Below, piece by piece: positions 30,244-39,740 of a stretch of DNA of 64,000 nt. Under the pieces are notes generated by a model. That model did not search any database. It saw only the letters and a list, made by a program, of their open reading frames with translations, and was not told the origin of the DNA. The position numbers and the translations under genes were made by a program. Positions within the stretch are counted from its first letter, which is position 1, and each line of letters starts with the position of its first letter. Origin of the DNA: Echinicola arenosa (lineage in GTDB: Bacteria > Bacteroidota > Bacteroidia > Cytophagales > Cyclobacteriaceae); NCBI RefSeq assembly GCF_014841125.1, contig NZ_JACYTQ010000007.1, forward strand, positions 203,257 through 267,256, given 5' to 3'.

Positions 30244-30942
30244 TTGGATAGTTTAATTAACATCATCTTTTCTCAGGTCAACATAACCTTGACCATTTTC
30301 CTTATTTTACTGGTAGTGTATTGGTTATTGACCATGATCAGTGGAATTGACTTTGAACTGGACGTAGAGATCGATGTGGATGTTGATACTGGAGTGGATG
30401 TAGATGGAGGAGGCACTGAGTTTCAGGATATATCCAATGCAGAAATCCATAAAGACGAGGTGGTAGGCAAACGGATACAACCACTAAAATGGTGGCAGAT
30501 CTTTTTGATTTACTTCAATTTTGTGGGTTTGCCTTTTATGTTTACCCTTACCTGTTTTGTGTTTATCTGGTGGTTCAGTACCGTCCTGCTTACTGCAGTC
30601 ACAGTATCTTATGAGAATGTATTTGGTTTTGGGATTCTGATCGTGACCTTTTTTGCTTCATTGATCCTTACCAAAATCTTTACGACTCCATTCAAAGGAT
30701 TCTTTAAACACTTGAACAAGGATGGGGACAAGGCCAATGACTTTATAGGAAGACAAGGAATATTGCTTTCTTCCATATCAGGAAATAAAATGGGAAATGC
30801 AGAAGTTCATATCAATGGAGATTCGATGTCCATTTATGTCAAATCATTGAATGGAGATGCATTGAATTATCAAGACAGAATACTAATTATCAAGCAATCT
30901 GCTGACAAAAACTATTTTTTAGTTCAATCATATAACGACTAA
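30244..30942 (+). CDS. NfeD-like membrane protein (YqiJ/YuaF/YdjH-like) with acidic repeat linker and C-terminal OB-fold
   Basis: N-terminal TM helix, an acidic DFELDVEIDVDVDTGVDVDGGG tract, two or three more TM helices, and a C-terminal beta-rich domain (GRQGILLSSISGNKMGNAEVHINGDSMSIYVKSL) resembling the NfeD OB domain. Sits 3 nt after pspA and 15 nt before the flotillin gene. Confidence 0.55.
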   Translation: MDSLINIIFSQVNITLTIFLILLVVYWLLTMISGIDFELDVEIDVDVDTGVDVDGGGTEFQDISNAEIHKDEVVGKRIQPLKWWQIFLIYFNFVGLPFMFTLTCFVFIWWFSTVLLTAVTVSYENVFGFGILIVTFFASLILTKIFTTPFKGFFKHLNKDGDKANDFIGRQGILLSSISGNKMGNAEVHINGDSMSIYVKSLNGDALNYQDRILIIKQSADKNYFLVQSYND

Positions 30943-30956
30943 ACTATTTTATCAAA

Positions 30957-33044
30957 ATGAATCATTTAATACCAATTATCGGGATTGGATTAGGGGGAGT
31001 ATTGTTCCTAATCGTAGTATATTTCATCATTATAGCGATGTTTTATCGGAAGGTTCCACAAGGCCGGGCAATTATTAGAACTGGTTTTGGCGGGACTAAG
31101 GTGGCCACTGACAAGGGGCTCTATGTGATACCTGTTTTCCATAAGGTGGAGATCATGGATATTTCAGTCAAAAAGATCCAAATTGAGCGTTTGGCCCATG
31201 AGGGATTGATCTGTAAGGACAATATGCGGGCAGATATCAAGGTAGCTTTCTTTGTTCGGGTAAACAATGATGTGGCCTTTATCAAAAGAGTGGCCCAAAC
31301 AATTGGGGTAGACAGGGCTTCCAGGATTGAAACTTTGGAAGACCTATTCGAAGCGAAGTTTTCTGAAGCACTCAAGACTGTTGGTAAGAAGTTCCAGTTT
31401 ATAGAGCTTTATGAGGCGAGAAGGGAGTTTAGGGATGAAATTGTGGACATCATAGGTACAGATTTGAATGGTTATACCTTGGAGGATTGTGCCATTGACT
31501 TTTTGGAACAAACGCCTATTAGCCATTTAAAACCAGACAACATTCTGGATGCAGAGGGGATCAAGAAAATCACTGAGCTTACAGCTGTTCAAAATATGAA
31601 AGCCAACCTGATTAAACGGGATGAGCAAAAAACCATAAGAAAGCAGGATGTGGAAGCTAGAGAGGCGATTTTGGAATTGGATAAGCAACTTGCTGAAAAA
31701 GAGGAACAACAAAGACGAGAGATTGCGAATATCAAAGCCCGTGAATCTGCTGAGATCAGTAAAGTCGCAGAAGAAGAAAGATTAAAGTCTGAATCGGCAC
31801 GAATTGCTACGGAAGAAAAAGTGAGGGTGGCTGAAGAGAATATGGCCCGTCAGGTGATTGTAGCGGCCAAAAACAAGGAGCGTACAGATGCTGTGGAGAC
31901 AGAAAGAGTGGAAAAAGACAGAATGCTTGAAGCCACAGAGAGAGAGCGTATTGTAACTCTTGCACAAATTGAGAAAGAGAAAGTAGTAGAAGTAGAGAAA
32001 AAGAATATCCAAGATGTGATCAGGGATCGCGTGATGCTAGAAAAAGGAGTGGTTGAAGAGCAGGAGAACATGAAAGATATTCAGGAATTCAAGACTGCCG
32101 AGCGTGAGAAGCAAGTGAGAATTACTATTGCTGAGGCCAATGCGCAAGAAGAATTGATCAAAACGATCAAAGCAGCAGAGGCTCAAAAAGAAGCAGCAAA
32201 ATCCAAAGCGGAAGAAATCAATATTGAGGCGCAAGCTAAGAAAGAAGCCAGTGAAAAAGAAGCAGAAGCTAGGAAGACCATTGCCGATGCCAAAGCGAAG
32301 GAAGAAGCAATTATTGGTATGTCAGAAGCCCAAGTAATGCATGCGAAGGCTGATGCCAGTGAAAGACAAGGTGTCGTAGAAGCGTTGATCATAGAGAAGA
32401 AAGCCAGGGCTGAAGCGGCTGGAATAGAAGCCAAAGCAAATGCAAACCTTAAAGAAGGGGAGTCTGAAGCAGAGGTGATCAAGAAGAAAGCCTTAGCTGA
32501 TGCTGCTGGAATCGAAGAAAAAGCGGCAGCGATGAAGAAGCTGGATGGGGTAGGTAAGGAGCATGAGGAATTCAAGCTTCGTCTGGATAAGGAATTGCAG
32601 GTAGACCTTGCCAATATCAATATTCAAAGAGATATCGCCGATGCCCAAGCGCAGGTGATCAGTGATGCCCTTAAAGCAGCCAAAATTGATATTGTGGGTG
32701 GAGAAACCATGTTCTTTGACCAGATAATTGGACAGATTACCAGAGGAAAAGGTTTTGATAGGCTTGTCCAGAACAGTAGTAATATCCAAGAAATCAAAGA
32801 GTCTATCTTAGGGGATGATTATGCCAAAGGAAACCTTTTGGAAAAAGTAAGGAATTTCTCCAAGAAGTATGGTATTTCTTCCGAAGACTTGAAAAACTTC
32901 ACTATTGCCAATCTATTGATCGAACTCCAGGAGCGGTCAAAGGATAAGGATGAGCAAAGTATGCTTGGCAACCTATTCAATATAGCCAAGAGCTTAGGGC
33001 TTTCTGATCAGAAAATTTCTGGTTTGAATAATAAAATGGTGTAA
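30957..33044 (+). CDS. flotillin/SPFH (band-7) family protein, YqiK/FloT/YdjI-like, with a long E/A/K-rich coiled coil
   Basis: N-terminal TM plus SPFH domain (YRKVPQGRAIIRTGFGGTKVATDKGLYVIPVFHKVEIMDISVKKIQI...), then ~350 aa of EA-repeat coiled coil. 695 aa. Confidence 0.85.
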   Translation: MNHLIPIIGIGLGGVLFLIVVYFIIIAMFYRKVPQGRAIIRTGFGGTKVATDKGLYVIPVFHKVEIMDISVKKIQIERLAHEGLICKDNMRADIKVAFFVRVNNDVAFIKRVAQTIGVDRASRIETLEDLFEAKFSEALKTVGKKFQFIELYEARREFRDEIVDIIGTDLNGYTLEDCAIDFLEQTPISHLKPDNILDAEGIKKITELTAVQNMKANLIKRDEQKTIRKQDVEAREAILELDKQLAEKEEQQRREIANIKARESAEISKVAEEERLKSESARIATEEKVRVAEENMARQVIVAAKNKERTDAVETERVEKDRMLEATERERIVTLAQIEKEKVVEVEKKNIQDVIRDRVMLEKGVVEEQENMKDIQEFKTAEREKQVRITIAEANAQEELIKTIKAAEAQKEAAKSKAEEINIEAQAKKEASEKEAEARKTIADAKAKEEAIIGMSEAQVMHAKADASERQGVVEALIIEKKARAEAAGIEAKANANLKEGESEAEVIKKKALADAAGIEEKAAAMKKLDGVGKEHEEFKLRLDKELQVDLANINIQRDIADAQAQVISDALKAAKIDIVGGETMFFDQIIGQITRGKGFDRLVQNSSNIQEIKESILGDDYAKGNLLEKVRNFSKKYGISSEDLKNFTIANLLIELQERSKDKDEQSMLGNLFNIAKSLGLSDQKISGLNNKMV

Positions 33045-33049
33045 TGCTT

Positions 33050-33085
33050 AAGGCTGCCACCTTTCGGCAGCCTTATTTTTTTTTT
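33050..33085 (+). terminator. rho-independent terminator after the flotillin gene
   Basis: AAGGCTGCC-ACCTTTC-GGCAGCCTT followed by T11. Confidence 0.7.
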
Positions 33086-33144
33086 GCAGGGGGAGTGCTA
33101 TACACAAGTCACATTCCCAAATAATAATCAAGATTGATTAAGAA

Positions 33145-36100
33145 ATGAAGCAAGACGATCAAAGCACGGTAAATAAAGATGCATTGGATGGTGGAACCTA
33201 TGAAATTATCCGTAAAAGGCTGGAAGGTCATAAGGATGATTTACAGATGAGATTACATCAGTTAAATGAATCTCGAAAAGGGGTATTTGGCTCCCTGGAG
33301 ACCAAGTTAATAGCTAATAATAGGGTCAGTACAGAAAATAACTGTGTGGCCAGAGATATTATTTCTTTGGGCAATACTTGTATTTTTGGTTATAATGTCC
33401 ACTTTGGCTTACGAACTGATATTAAGCTATCTGATGTATTTAGTATTTACCAGTTTGATGAGAATAGGTTTGAGCAAGTATCGCTCGGTTTGATTGAAGA
33501 GGATGCCTTTGTAAATGACTTTTCCAACCTCTACAAGTACTATCGGAATACTATTTTTTCCAAGTTTACCATAATAGGCAATTACCTTTATATGGTTTTT
33601 CAGCTTAGTGAGAGCGTCACAGATATCAAAACTTTTAAGTGGTTGATTGCTGATAAGAAATTAAAGTATATCGATAACCGGAGTGATCATGAGTATAAGT
33701 TTCCCAAGCAGCATCAATTCAGTTGGCAAGAAGCCACAAGGGATATGCAGCGGTATGGGAAGCACTCTCATGTTTCCATTATGGATAAGGTTTTTGTGGA
33801 GACCATTGGAGGGGATTTGACCATCAAAATCGAGGACAATACCGATGATGGTATGGGAATTTATTCCGAGCCAGTTGACTACAGAGATCAAACTTTGGAT
33901 GATGGACAAATCAGGTTTGCGGATTTGGGCAATTTGATTGTTTTGGAGATCAAACCATTTCAGGAAAGGGCACGCTATTTTGTGTACAACCATAAAATGC
34001 AGGAAGTCCAAAAAATTGACTCTATAAAAGACGCAGCCGTATTATTGCCAGATGATCAGGGAATCATATTTCCCAATGGATATTATTTGCAAACGGGGGA
34101 ATATCATGTTTTTAATAATGATGTCGACCAACTTAAGTTTGTTGGGGCTGTGGCTTCTCCAAATGGGGAGGATTATCTATATAAGTTTTATGCTTCCGAA
34201 AAGGGAACTTATGTTCTTATGGATTACAATGTCATAGAACAGGAAATAAAAACACCTATTGTTTGTGGTGGTTTTACCATCCTTCCCAATGGGGAATTGT
34301 GTTACTTCAAAGCAGAGGACGAGCAGACAAAGCACCATATGATGCAGATATGGCAAACTTCCTACCTGGAAGGAGATATTTTGCCGTCGGAACATCAAGA
34401 TACTCTTTTGTATAAAATCGGTAACAAGGACATCGTTAAAGCCATGGCCGAATCTCATGAGCTGATCATTCTCCTCAATAAAGAAGATAACTATGATGGC
34501 CTTTATACAGATGTGGCCAAGCTTTCAAAGGATATTTTAGATGCTTACTATTGGCTTCATGAAGTTGAAGCGGGACAATTGAGTAAGCCTTTAAAGGCTA
34601 TTAATGAAGCGGCCAATGCAGCTATCGATGAATTCCAAAAGGTAGTCCAACTCAAAAAGAATGCTGCAGGCAGTACCAAAGAAATCCAAGATAAATCCCA
34701 GACACTTTTTAATAAAATTAAGGGTACTTCATTTAGGAGCATTGATGAATTTGTGGATTTGCTTGGTCAACTGAGATCCATAAGGGGAGAGGTGATAAGT
34801 CTTTATGAGATAAGGTATATAGATGAGTCATTGCTTAGATCCTTGGAGGAAGAAATAGCCCATCATACCAATAAAATTTCAAGAAGGTGTGTGGCGTTTT
34901 TATTGGATGAAAAAGCGCTTCTGCCTTATCATGGCAAAGTCACTGAGAAGCAACAACATCTTGAGCAGGTCACCAAGGTTGTTGAGGCGAAACAGCTGGA
35001 AGAAGAGGTCAATCAGGTGGCGAAAGACTTGGAAATGTTGATTGATATTGTCTCTAACTTGGAGATTGAAGATACTTCACATTCTACTAAAATCATTGAT
35101 AATATTTCACTGATTTTTGCCACTATTAACCAGTTAAAGGCTGCGATTAAGAATAAGGGAAAGCTTCTGGGCAGCAAAGAGGCAAAGGCTGATTTTGCCG
35201 CTCAGTTAAAGCTGATTGACCAGAGCATTATCAATTACTTGGATATTGCTGCTACTCCTGAAAAGTGTGATGAATTCTTGACAAAAGTAGGCGTTCAGCT
35301 GGAAGAGATCGAAGGGAAATTTGCTGATTACGAGGATTTTGTTTCGGATATTATTGAAAAGAGGGAAGAGGTATACAATGCTTTTGAAAGCAAAAAGGGA
35401 GCGATTACCGAAAAGAGACATAAAAAGGCCATAGCTCTTAAATCAGCCTCAGAGCGGATCCTTAAGAGCATTGGAAAAAAAGCAGAAAGCTTAAAGTCTG
35501 CGGATGAAATCAACGGGTATTTTGCCGCAGATATAATGGTGTCCAAATTAAGGGACATTATTGAGCAACTTAGAGAGCTAGATGACAGCGGAAATGCGGA
35601 GGAAATAGAAACATCTCTGAAGACCAGTAAAGAGGATGCGCTTAGAAAGTTAAAAGATAAACTTGATCTCTATGAAGATGGGGAAAATATTATCAAGTTA
35701 GGCAAGCATAAGTTTGGAGTGAACCGTCAAGAGCTGGATTTAACGATAGTTACCAAAGATAAAAATCTTTGCTATCATCTCAGTGGGACTGATTTCTACC
35801 ACGAACTTCATCATGAAGTTTTGGATAAGAGCCAAAAGTACTGGAGCCAGGAGTTCGTATCAGAAAATGAAGAAGTTTATAGGAGTTCCTATTTAGCTTA
35901 TAAGGTATATATGGATAAAGATCCTTTGGAACTAGCCCGATTGGATGTAGCCGAATTATTGAAAGTAATTCAAGAGGAGAGCAGTAGCAACTATTCGGAA
36001 GGTTATGTAAAAGGGGTTCATGATGAAGATGCCGCTGCAATTCTGAAGATGCTTGTACAAAAGCATGAAGAGTTGAAGATATTGACTTATCCATCCACCG

Positions 36101-38013
36101 TCCGGGCCTATGCCCAATTTTTCTGGTTTAGCTTGGAAAAGAATGAGCAAGAGGCTTTAAATCATTCCATTAAAGCTTCTGGTTTAGTCCTGAAGTTTTT
36201 TCCTTCATCGAAGGAATATGACTTTTTGATCGAAGAGTTAGAAGAGTCCATTGCAAAATATGGTGAAGCTTCAGGTCTATTTACAAGCTTTAAAGCCAAT
36301 GCCATTGCGCATTATTTGTTTGATGAACTCCAAAGCGATGATCATTTTGCTCTTAGTAGCAGCGCTGCGAAAATTGTAGAGGGATTCAAGCAGATGCTGG
36401 TTAAGGAAAAAGCCCAGGATCAATTTCACCATAATTTGGAAAAACTGGTTAGCCTTTCGTCAAAAGTGAAGCTTTACAGGCAGTGGTTAAAGGCTTTCGT
36501 AAAGGTAAGTCAAGGTACGGATGACTTAGAGTATATTGATGAAGCCGTTTGTGTTTTGCTCTTGCAGGAAGGCAAAAGAAACCTGATTTCGGCTAGCCCG
36601 TTTGCAAAAATCCAAGGCCTAAAAGGGGAGCATAACACTATCAATCATGGAGAGATGAATTTCAATTACCATGATTTCAGTGCACTTTTGGATCATTTTG
36701 TCAATCAGGAAGTGGTGGCATTTAATGCTTATCGAAAGGCCAAGCATCAAGTAACAGAGGAGCTTAAAGATCAGCTGAAATTGGAGGAGTTTAAGCCTAG
36801 AGTATTGACCTCATTTGTTAGAAATAAACTTATCGATCAAGTTTACTTTCCATTGTTTGGAGAAAATTTGGCCAAACAATTAGGTAGTGTGGGGGATAAT
36901 AAAAGAACGGATAGAATGGGGATGTTGCTCTTAATCTCGCCTCCCGGTTATGGCAAGACTACTCTAATGGAATATATATCCAATCGGTTGGGATTGGTTT
37001 TTATGAAAATCAATGGTCCGGCAATCGGGCATGAAGTTACCTCAGTAGACCCTGCTTCAGCCACCAATTCTGCCGCGAGGGAAGAGTTGAAAAAACTCAA
37101 TCTGGCTTTTGAGATGGGCAATAATGTGATGCTTTATTTGGATGATATCCAGCACTGTAATCCTGAGTTTTTACAAAAATTCATCTCCTTGTCCGATGGT
37201 ACTCGGAAGATTGAAGGGGTTTTTAACGGAAAGCCCAAGACCTATGATCTTAGAGGGAAGAAGTTCTGCGTGATCATGGCTGGAAATCCTTACACGGAAA
37301 GCGGTGAGAAATTCAAGATTCCTGACATGCTGGCAAATAGGGCTGATATCTACAACTTGGGGGATATCATTGGGGATACAGCCAGTTTGTTTAAGCTAAG
37401 TTTGATTGAGAATGCACTTACATCCAATGCTGTTTTGCATCAGCTAAGCAGCAAAAACTTTGAAGATGTCTATACTTTAATCAATAGAGTGGAGAACAAT
37501 GCGGAAAATGGAGAGCTTAAAGGTAATCATACGACACAAGAAGTTCAGGATTATGAAGCTGTACTTAGAAAGGTGTTGAATATCAGGAACACAGTTTTGA
37601 AAGTAAATGAGACTTATATCAAGTCTGCAGGTATGGAAGATGAGTACCGTACAGAACCATCATTTAAGTTGCAGGGCTCTTACCGGGATATGAATAAGCT
37701 GGTGGCCAAAGTGGTGCCGATTATGAATGAAGCAGAGCTAGATGGATTGTTGCTTTCACACTATGAAAATGAGTCTCAGACCTTGACAGCGGCAGCAGAA
37801 GCCAATCTACTAAAATACAAAGAACTGAGAGGAATGCTTAGCTCAGAGGAAGAAGAAAGGTGGAAATCCATCAAAACTACCTTTGCAAAAAACAACAAGT
37901 TAAAAGGCTTTGGGAATAAAAATGAGATGGCCCAAGTGCTTTCTCAAATGATGGCTTTTAGCGAAAATCTAGAAGGAATAAAGGCAGTTCTTCAAAAAGG
38001 CTTTGAAAAGTAA
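33145..38013 (+). CDS. giant (1622 aa) uncharacterised protein with C-terminal MoxR/AAA_5-type ATPase module. An N-terminal globular region and a ~750-aa helical/coiled-coil middle have no recognisable family.
   Basis: Walker A ISPPGYGKTT (nt 36940-36963); Walker B VMLYLDDIQH (37129-37152). Sensor/Arg region CVIMAGNPYTESGEKFKIPDMLANRADIY matches the AAA_5/MoxR pattern NP..E.G...lp.al.nRF. Uninterrupted ORF with a strong terminator after it. Confidence 0.8.
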   Translation: MKQDDQSTVNKDALDGGTYEIIRKRLEGHKDDLQMRLHQLNESRKGVFGSLETKLIANNRVSTENNCVARDIISLGNTCIFGYNVHFGLRTDIKLSDVFSIYQFDENRFEQVSLGLIEEDAFVNDFSNLYKYYRNTIFSKFTIIGNYLYMVFQLSESVTDIKTFKWLIADKKLKYIDNRSDHEYKFPKQHQFSWQEATRDMQRYGKHSHVSIMDKVFVETIGGDLTIKIEDNTDDGMGIYSEPVDYRDQTLDDGQIRFADLGNLIVLEIKPFQERARYFVYNHKMQEVQKIDSIKDAAVLLPDDQGIIFPNGYYLQTGEYHVFNNDVDQLKFVGAVASPNGEDYLYKFYASEKGTYVLMDYNVIEQEIKTPIVCGGFTILPNGELCYFKAEDEQTKHHMMQIWQTSYLEGDILPSEHQDTLLYKIGNKDIVKAMAESHELIILLNKEDNYDGLYTDVAKLSKDILDAYYWLHEVEAGQLSKPLKAINEAANAAIDEFQKVVQLKKNAAGSTKEIQDKSQTLFNKIKGTSFRSIDEFVDLLGQLRSIRGEVISLYEIRYIDESLLRSLEEEIAHHTNKISRRCVAFLLDEKALLPYHGKVTEKQQHLEQVTKVVEAKQLEEEVNQVAKDLEMLIDIVSNLEIEDTSHSTKIIDNISLIFATINQLKAAIKNKGKLLGSKEAKADFAAQLKLIDQSIINYLDIAATPEKCDEFLTKVGVQLEEIEGKFADYEDFVSDIIEKREEVYNAFESKKGAITEKRHKKAIALKSASERILKSIGKKAESLKSADEINGYFAADIMVSKLRDIIEQLRELDDSGNAEEIETSLKTSKEDALRKLKDKLDLYEDGENIIKLGKHKFGVNRQELDLTIVTKDKNLCYHLSGTDFYHELHHEVLDKSQKYWSQEFVSENEEVYRSSYLAYKVYMDKDPLELARLDVAELLKVIQEESSSNYSEGYVKGVHDEDAAAILKMLVQKHEELKILTYPSTVRAYAQFFWFSLEKNEQEALNHSIKASGLVLKFFPSSKEYDFLIEELEESIAKYGEASGLFTSFKANAIAHYLFDELQSDDHFALSSSAAKIVEGFKQMLVKEKAQDQFHHNLEKLVSLSSKVKLYRQWLKAFVKVSQGTDDLEYIDEAVCVLLLQEGKRNLISASPFAKIQGLKGEHNTINHGEMNFNYHDFSALLDHFVNQEVVAFNAYRKAKHQVTEELKDQLKLEEFKPRVLTSFVRNKLIDQVYFPLFGENLAKQLGSVGDNKRTDRMGMLLLISPPGYGKTTLMEYISNRLGLVFMKINGPAIGHEVTSVDPASATNSAAREELKKLNLAFEMGNNVMLYLDDIQHCNPEFLQKFISLSDGTRKIEGVFNGKPKTYDLRGKKFCVIMAGNPYTESGEKFKIPDMLANRADIYNLGDIIGDTASLFKLSLIENALTSNAVLHQLSSKNFEDVYTLINRVENNAENGELKGNHTTQEVQDYEAVLRKVLNIRNTVLKVNETYIKSAGMEDEYRTEPSFKLQGSYRDMNKLVAKVVPIMNEAELDGLLLSHYENESQTLTAAAEANLLKYKELRGMLSSEEEERWKSIKTTFAKNNKLKGFGNKNEMAQVLSQMMAFSENLEGIKAVLQKGFEK

Positions 38014-38019
38014 TAAAGT

Positions 38020-38058
38020 AACAGACCTGGGTCAATGCGTAACTTCTGTGTCGCATTG
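38020..38058 (+). terminator. rho-independent terminator after the giant ATPase gene
   Basis: GGTCAATGCG-(12 nt)-CGCATTGACC followed by TTTATT. Confidence 0.7.
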
Positions 38059-38251
38059 ACCTTTATTCTATCCTTCTACTGTTACCACTAGTCTTTAGGA
38101 TACTGCTGAGATACCTACCATTTTAAGCGGAAGAGCATCGACTTTAAAACCTGAATACGGAAGCTGCTAGACGTTAACTATTTATCCCTTATGGGCATTT
38201 TCTTTTTCAACTTACCCTTTCCTTGAGATTAAGAAAATGTAATTGGTTCAT

Positions 38252-39610
38252 TTACTCCTGCGAAATCAATTCTAAGGCCTGCTCATAATCGAGGTCTTTT
38301 TCATCTATTAAATCCTGAATGGAAGCTTTAATAGGGTAGTCTGGTAAAAGTCCCCTGTTGGAAGTGGTTTGCTTTTGCGAAACTGGAAAAAGCAGGTGAA
38401 AGCGAGGTATTCCGATATTGATGGAGGAGTGAGGTAAGCTGATGTATTCTTTGGATCCTGCGGCAAAACCTTCGTACCTCGTCCCCGTTTCTGTACCAAT
38501 GACAATGGCATCTCCATATTCTTTTAGATACCTGGCCAAGGTTGATCCGGCAGAGAATGTTCTGCCATTGACCAAGACATAAATAATTCCTGTAAAAGCA
38601 TGGCTGGACTTTTTCGGGATTTTATAAACGCGCTCTTTACCACTCCAAGAAATGCTTTTCTTCAAAAAAGGATCATTGGTAGTTCCCTTCATAATATAGG
38701 GCACCATATCATCTGCAAATTCGTTCCGTCCTCCAGTATTATCCCTCAGGTCTATTATCAGTGAGTTGATATGATGATTTTCTAAAGAGGTAAAAATCTC
38801 TTGGTAGAAATCCCTTGAGTGAATACCATATTTTTTGATCAGTTGGATATCAAATGATTTTAGCTTGAGTAAGGCATGGCCTTTCTTGAAATGCAGCTCA
38901 TAAAAATCTTTAATACTTTCTTCTTGAGGTTTGGAAGGCAAATTCAACGCTTTATAACTGCTGACCTGCTCTTCTCTGGTCAATGCTTTGATTTTTGTCT
39001 CAAGGATCGGCTCTTTGGGACTGCTTTGGTACTTGATCTGAAAGTGATCCTTCTGATCAATGTAAAAATAGTATATCCAGGGAAAGCTAAGATTGATAAT
39101 TTGGTCAGCATAGGTGATGATTTCTCCATCAGAAGGGGTGGCAAGGCGTAGTCGGTTAAGAATATCTTCAGCGTTCAATCCATTGATCGAAATGATTTTG
39201 TCTCCTTGGTTCATAATAGGTTTTAGGGAGTAATCACGCCAAACATAGAGGTCATTATCTATAACCTTTATAGCTATAGGCAAATACTTGAATTTATTTT
39301 GGGGAATCCCATTATGTACAGTGTCAGACCAATTCCCCAAAGCAAAGTGACCTTCATCGCTTAATGCACAAATCTGGCTGATATAAGTGAAATAAGCATT
39401 CAAGGATATTTCATCTTGATAAATCGCATCAATGATTCTTGTACTTGCTACATGGAAATCAGGTTTGTAAATCTTGAGAGCTGGGTTATATTTTTCAATG
39501 TTGTCTCTCAAAAAAGTGAGGTCCGCAATGGCATCGTTTTTAGAAAGATGCTGAGAAAATGCAAGATGAAAACTTAGTAAGAAGCATATTATTCCCAAAA
39601 GAAATTTCAT
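38252..39610 (-). CDS. S41-family peptidase (C-terminal processing/tail-specific protease-like), secreted
   Basis: Signal peptide MKFLLGIICFLLSFHLAFS at the internal Met (start moved to 39610). Catalytic region GIIYVLVNGRTFSAGSTLARYLK (Ser nucleophile) with Lys downstream. Confidence 0.75.
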   Translation of the reverse strand: MKFLLGIICFLLSFHLAFSQHLSKNDAIADLTFLRDNIEKYNPALKIYKPDFHVASTRIIDAIYQDEISLNAYFTYISQICALSDEGHFALGNWSDTVHNGIPQNKFKYLPIAIKVIDNDLYVWRDYSLKPIMNQGDKIISINGLNAEDILNRLRLATPSDGEIITYADQIINLSFPWIYYFYIDQKDHFQIKYQSSPKEPILETKIKALTREEQVSSYKALNLPSKPQEESIKDFYELHFKKGHALLKLKSFDIQLIKKYGIHSRDFYQEIFTSLENHHINSLIIDLRDNTGGRNEFADDMVPYIMKGTTNDPFLKKSISWSGKERVYKIPKKSSHAFTGIIYVLVNGRTFSAGSTLARYLKEYGDAIVIGTETGTRYEGFAAGSKEYISLPHSSINIGIPRFHLLFPVSQKQTTSNRGLLPDYPIKASIQDLIDEKDLDYEQALELISQE

Positions 39611-39740
39611 TCGCAGGATATTTTGGTAGAGCGTAGTGTTACTTAAACATAGCTTTTGATCTTTTAATATCCAATACCTTATCTCGAAGGGACAAAGAAA
39701 AATCCCGGAATTTTCCGGGATTGGGTTTTTAAGGATATGT

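Noticed and set aside
32183-32620. 145-aa antisense ORF (A/S-rich) inside the flotillin gene, plus other short antisense ORFs at 31782-32234
   Set aside because: Artefact of the GAA/GCN-rich codon repeats encoding the EA-rich coiled coil. Low-complexity translation, fully embedded in a high-confidence gene on the other strand.
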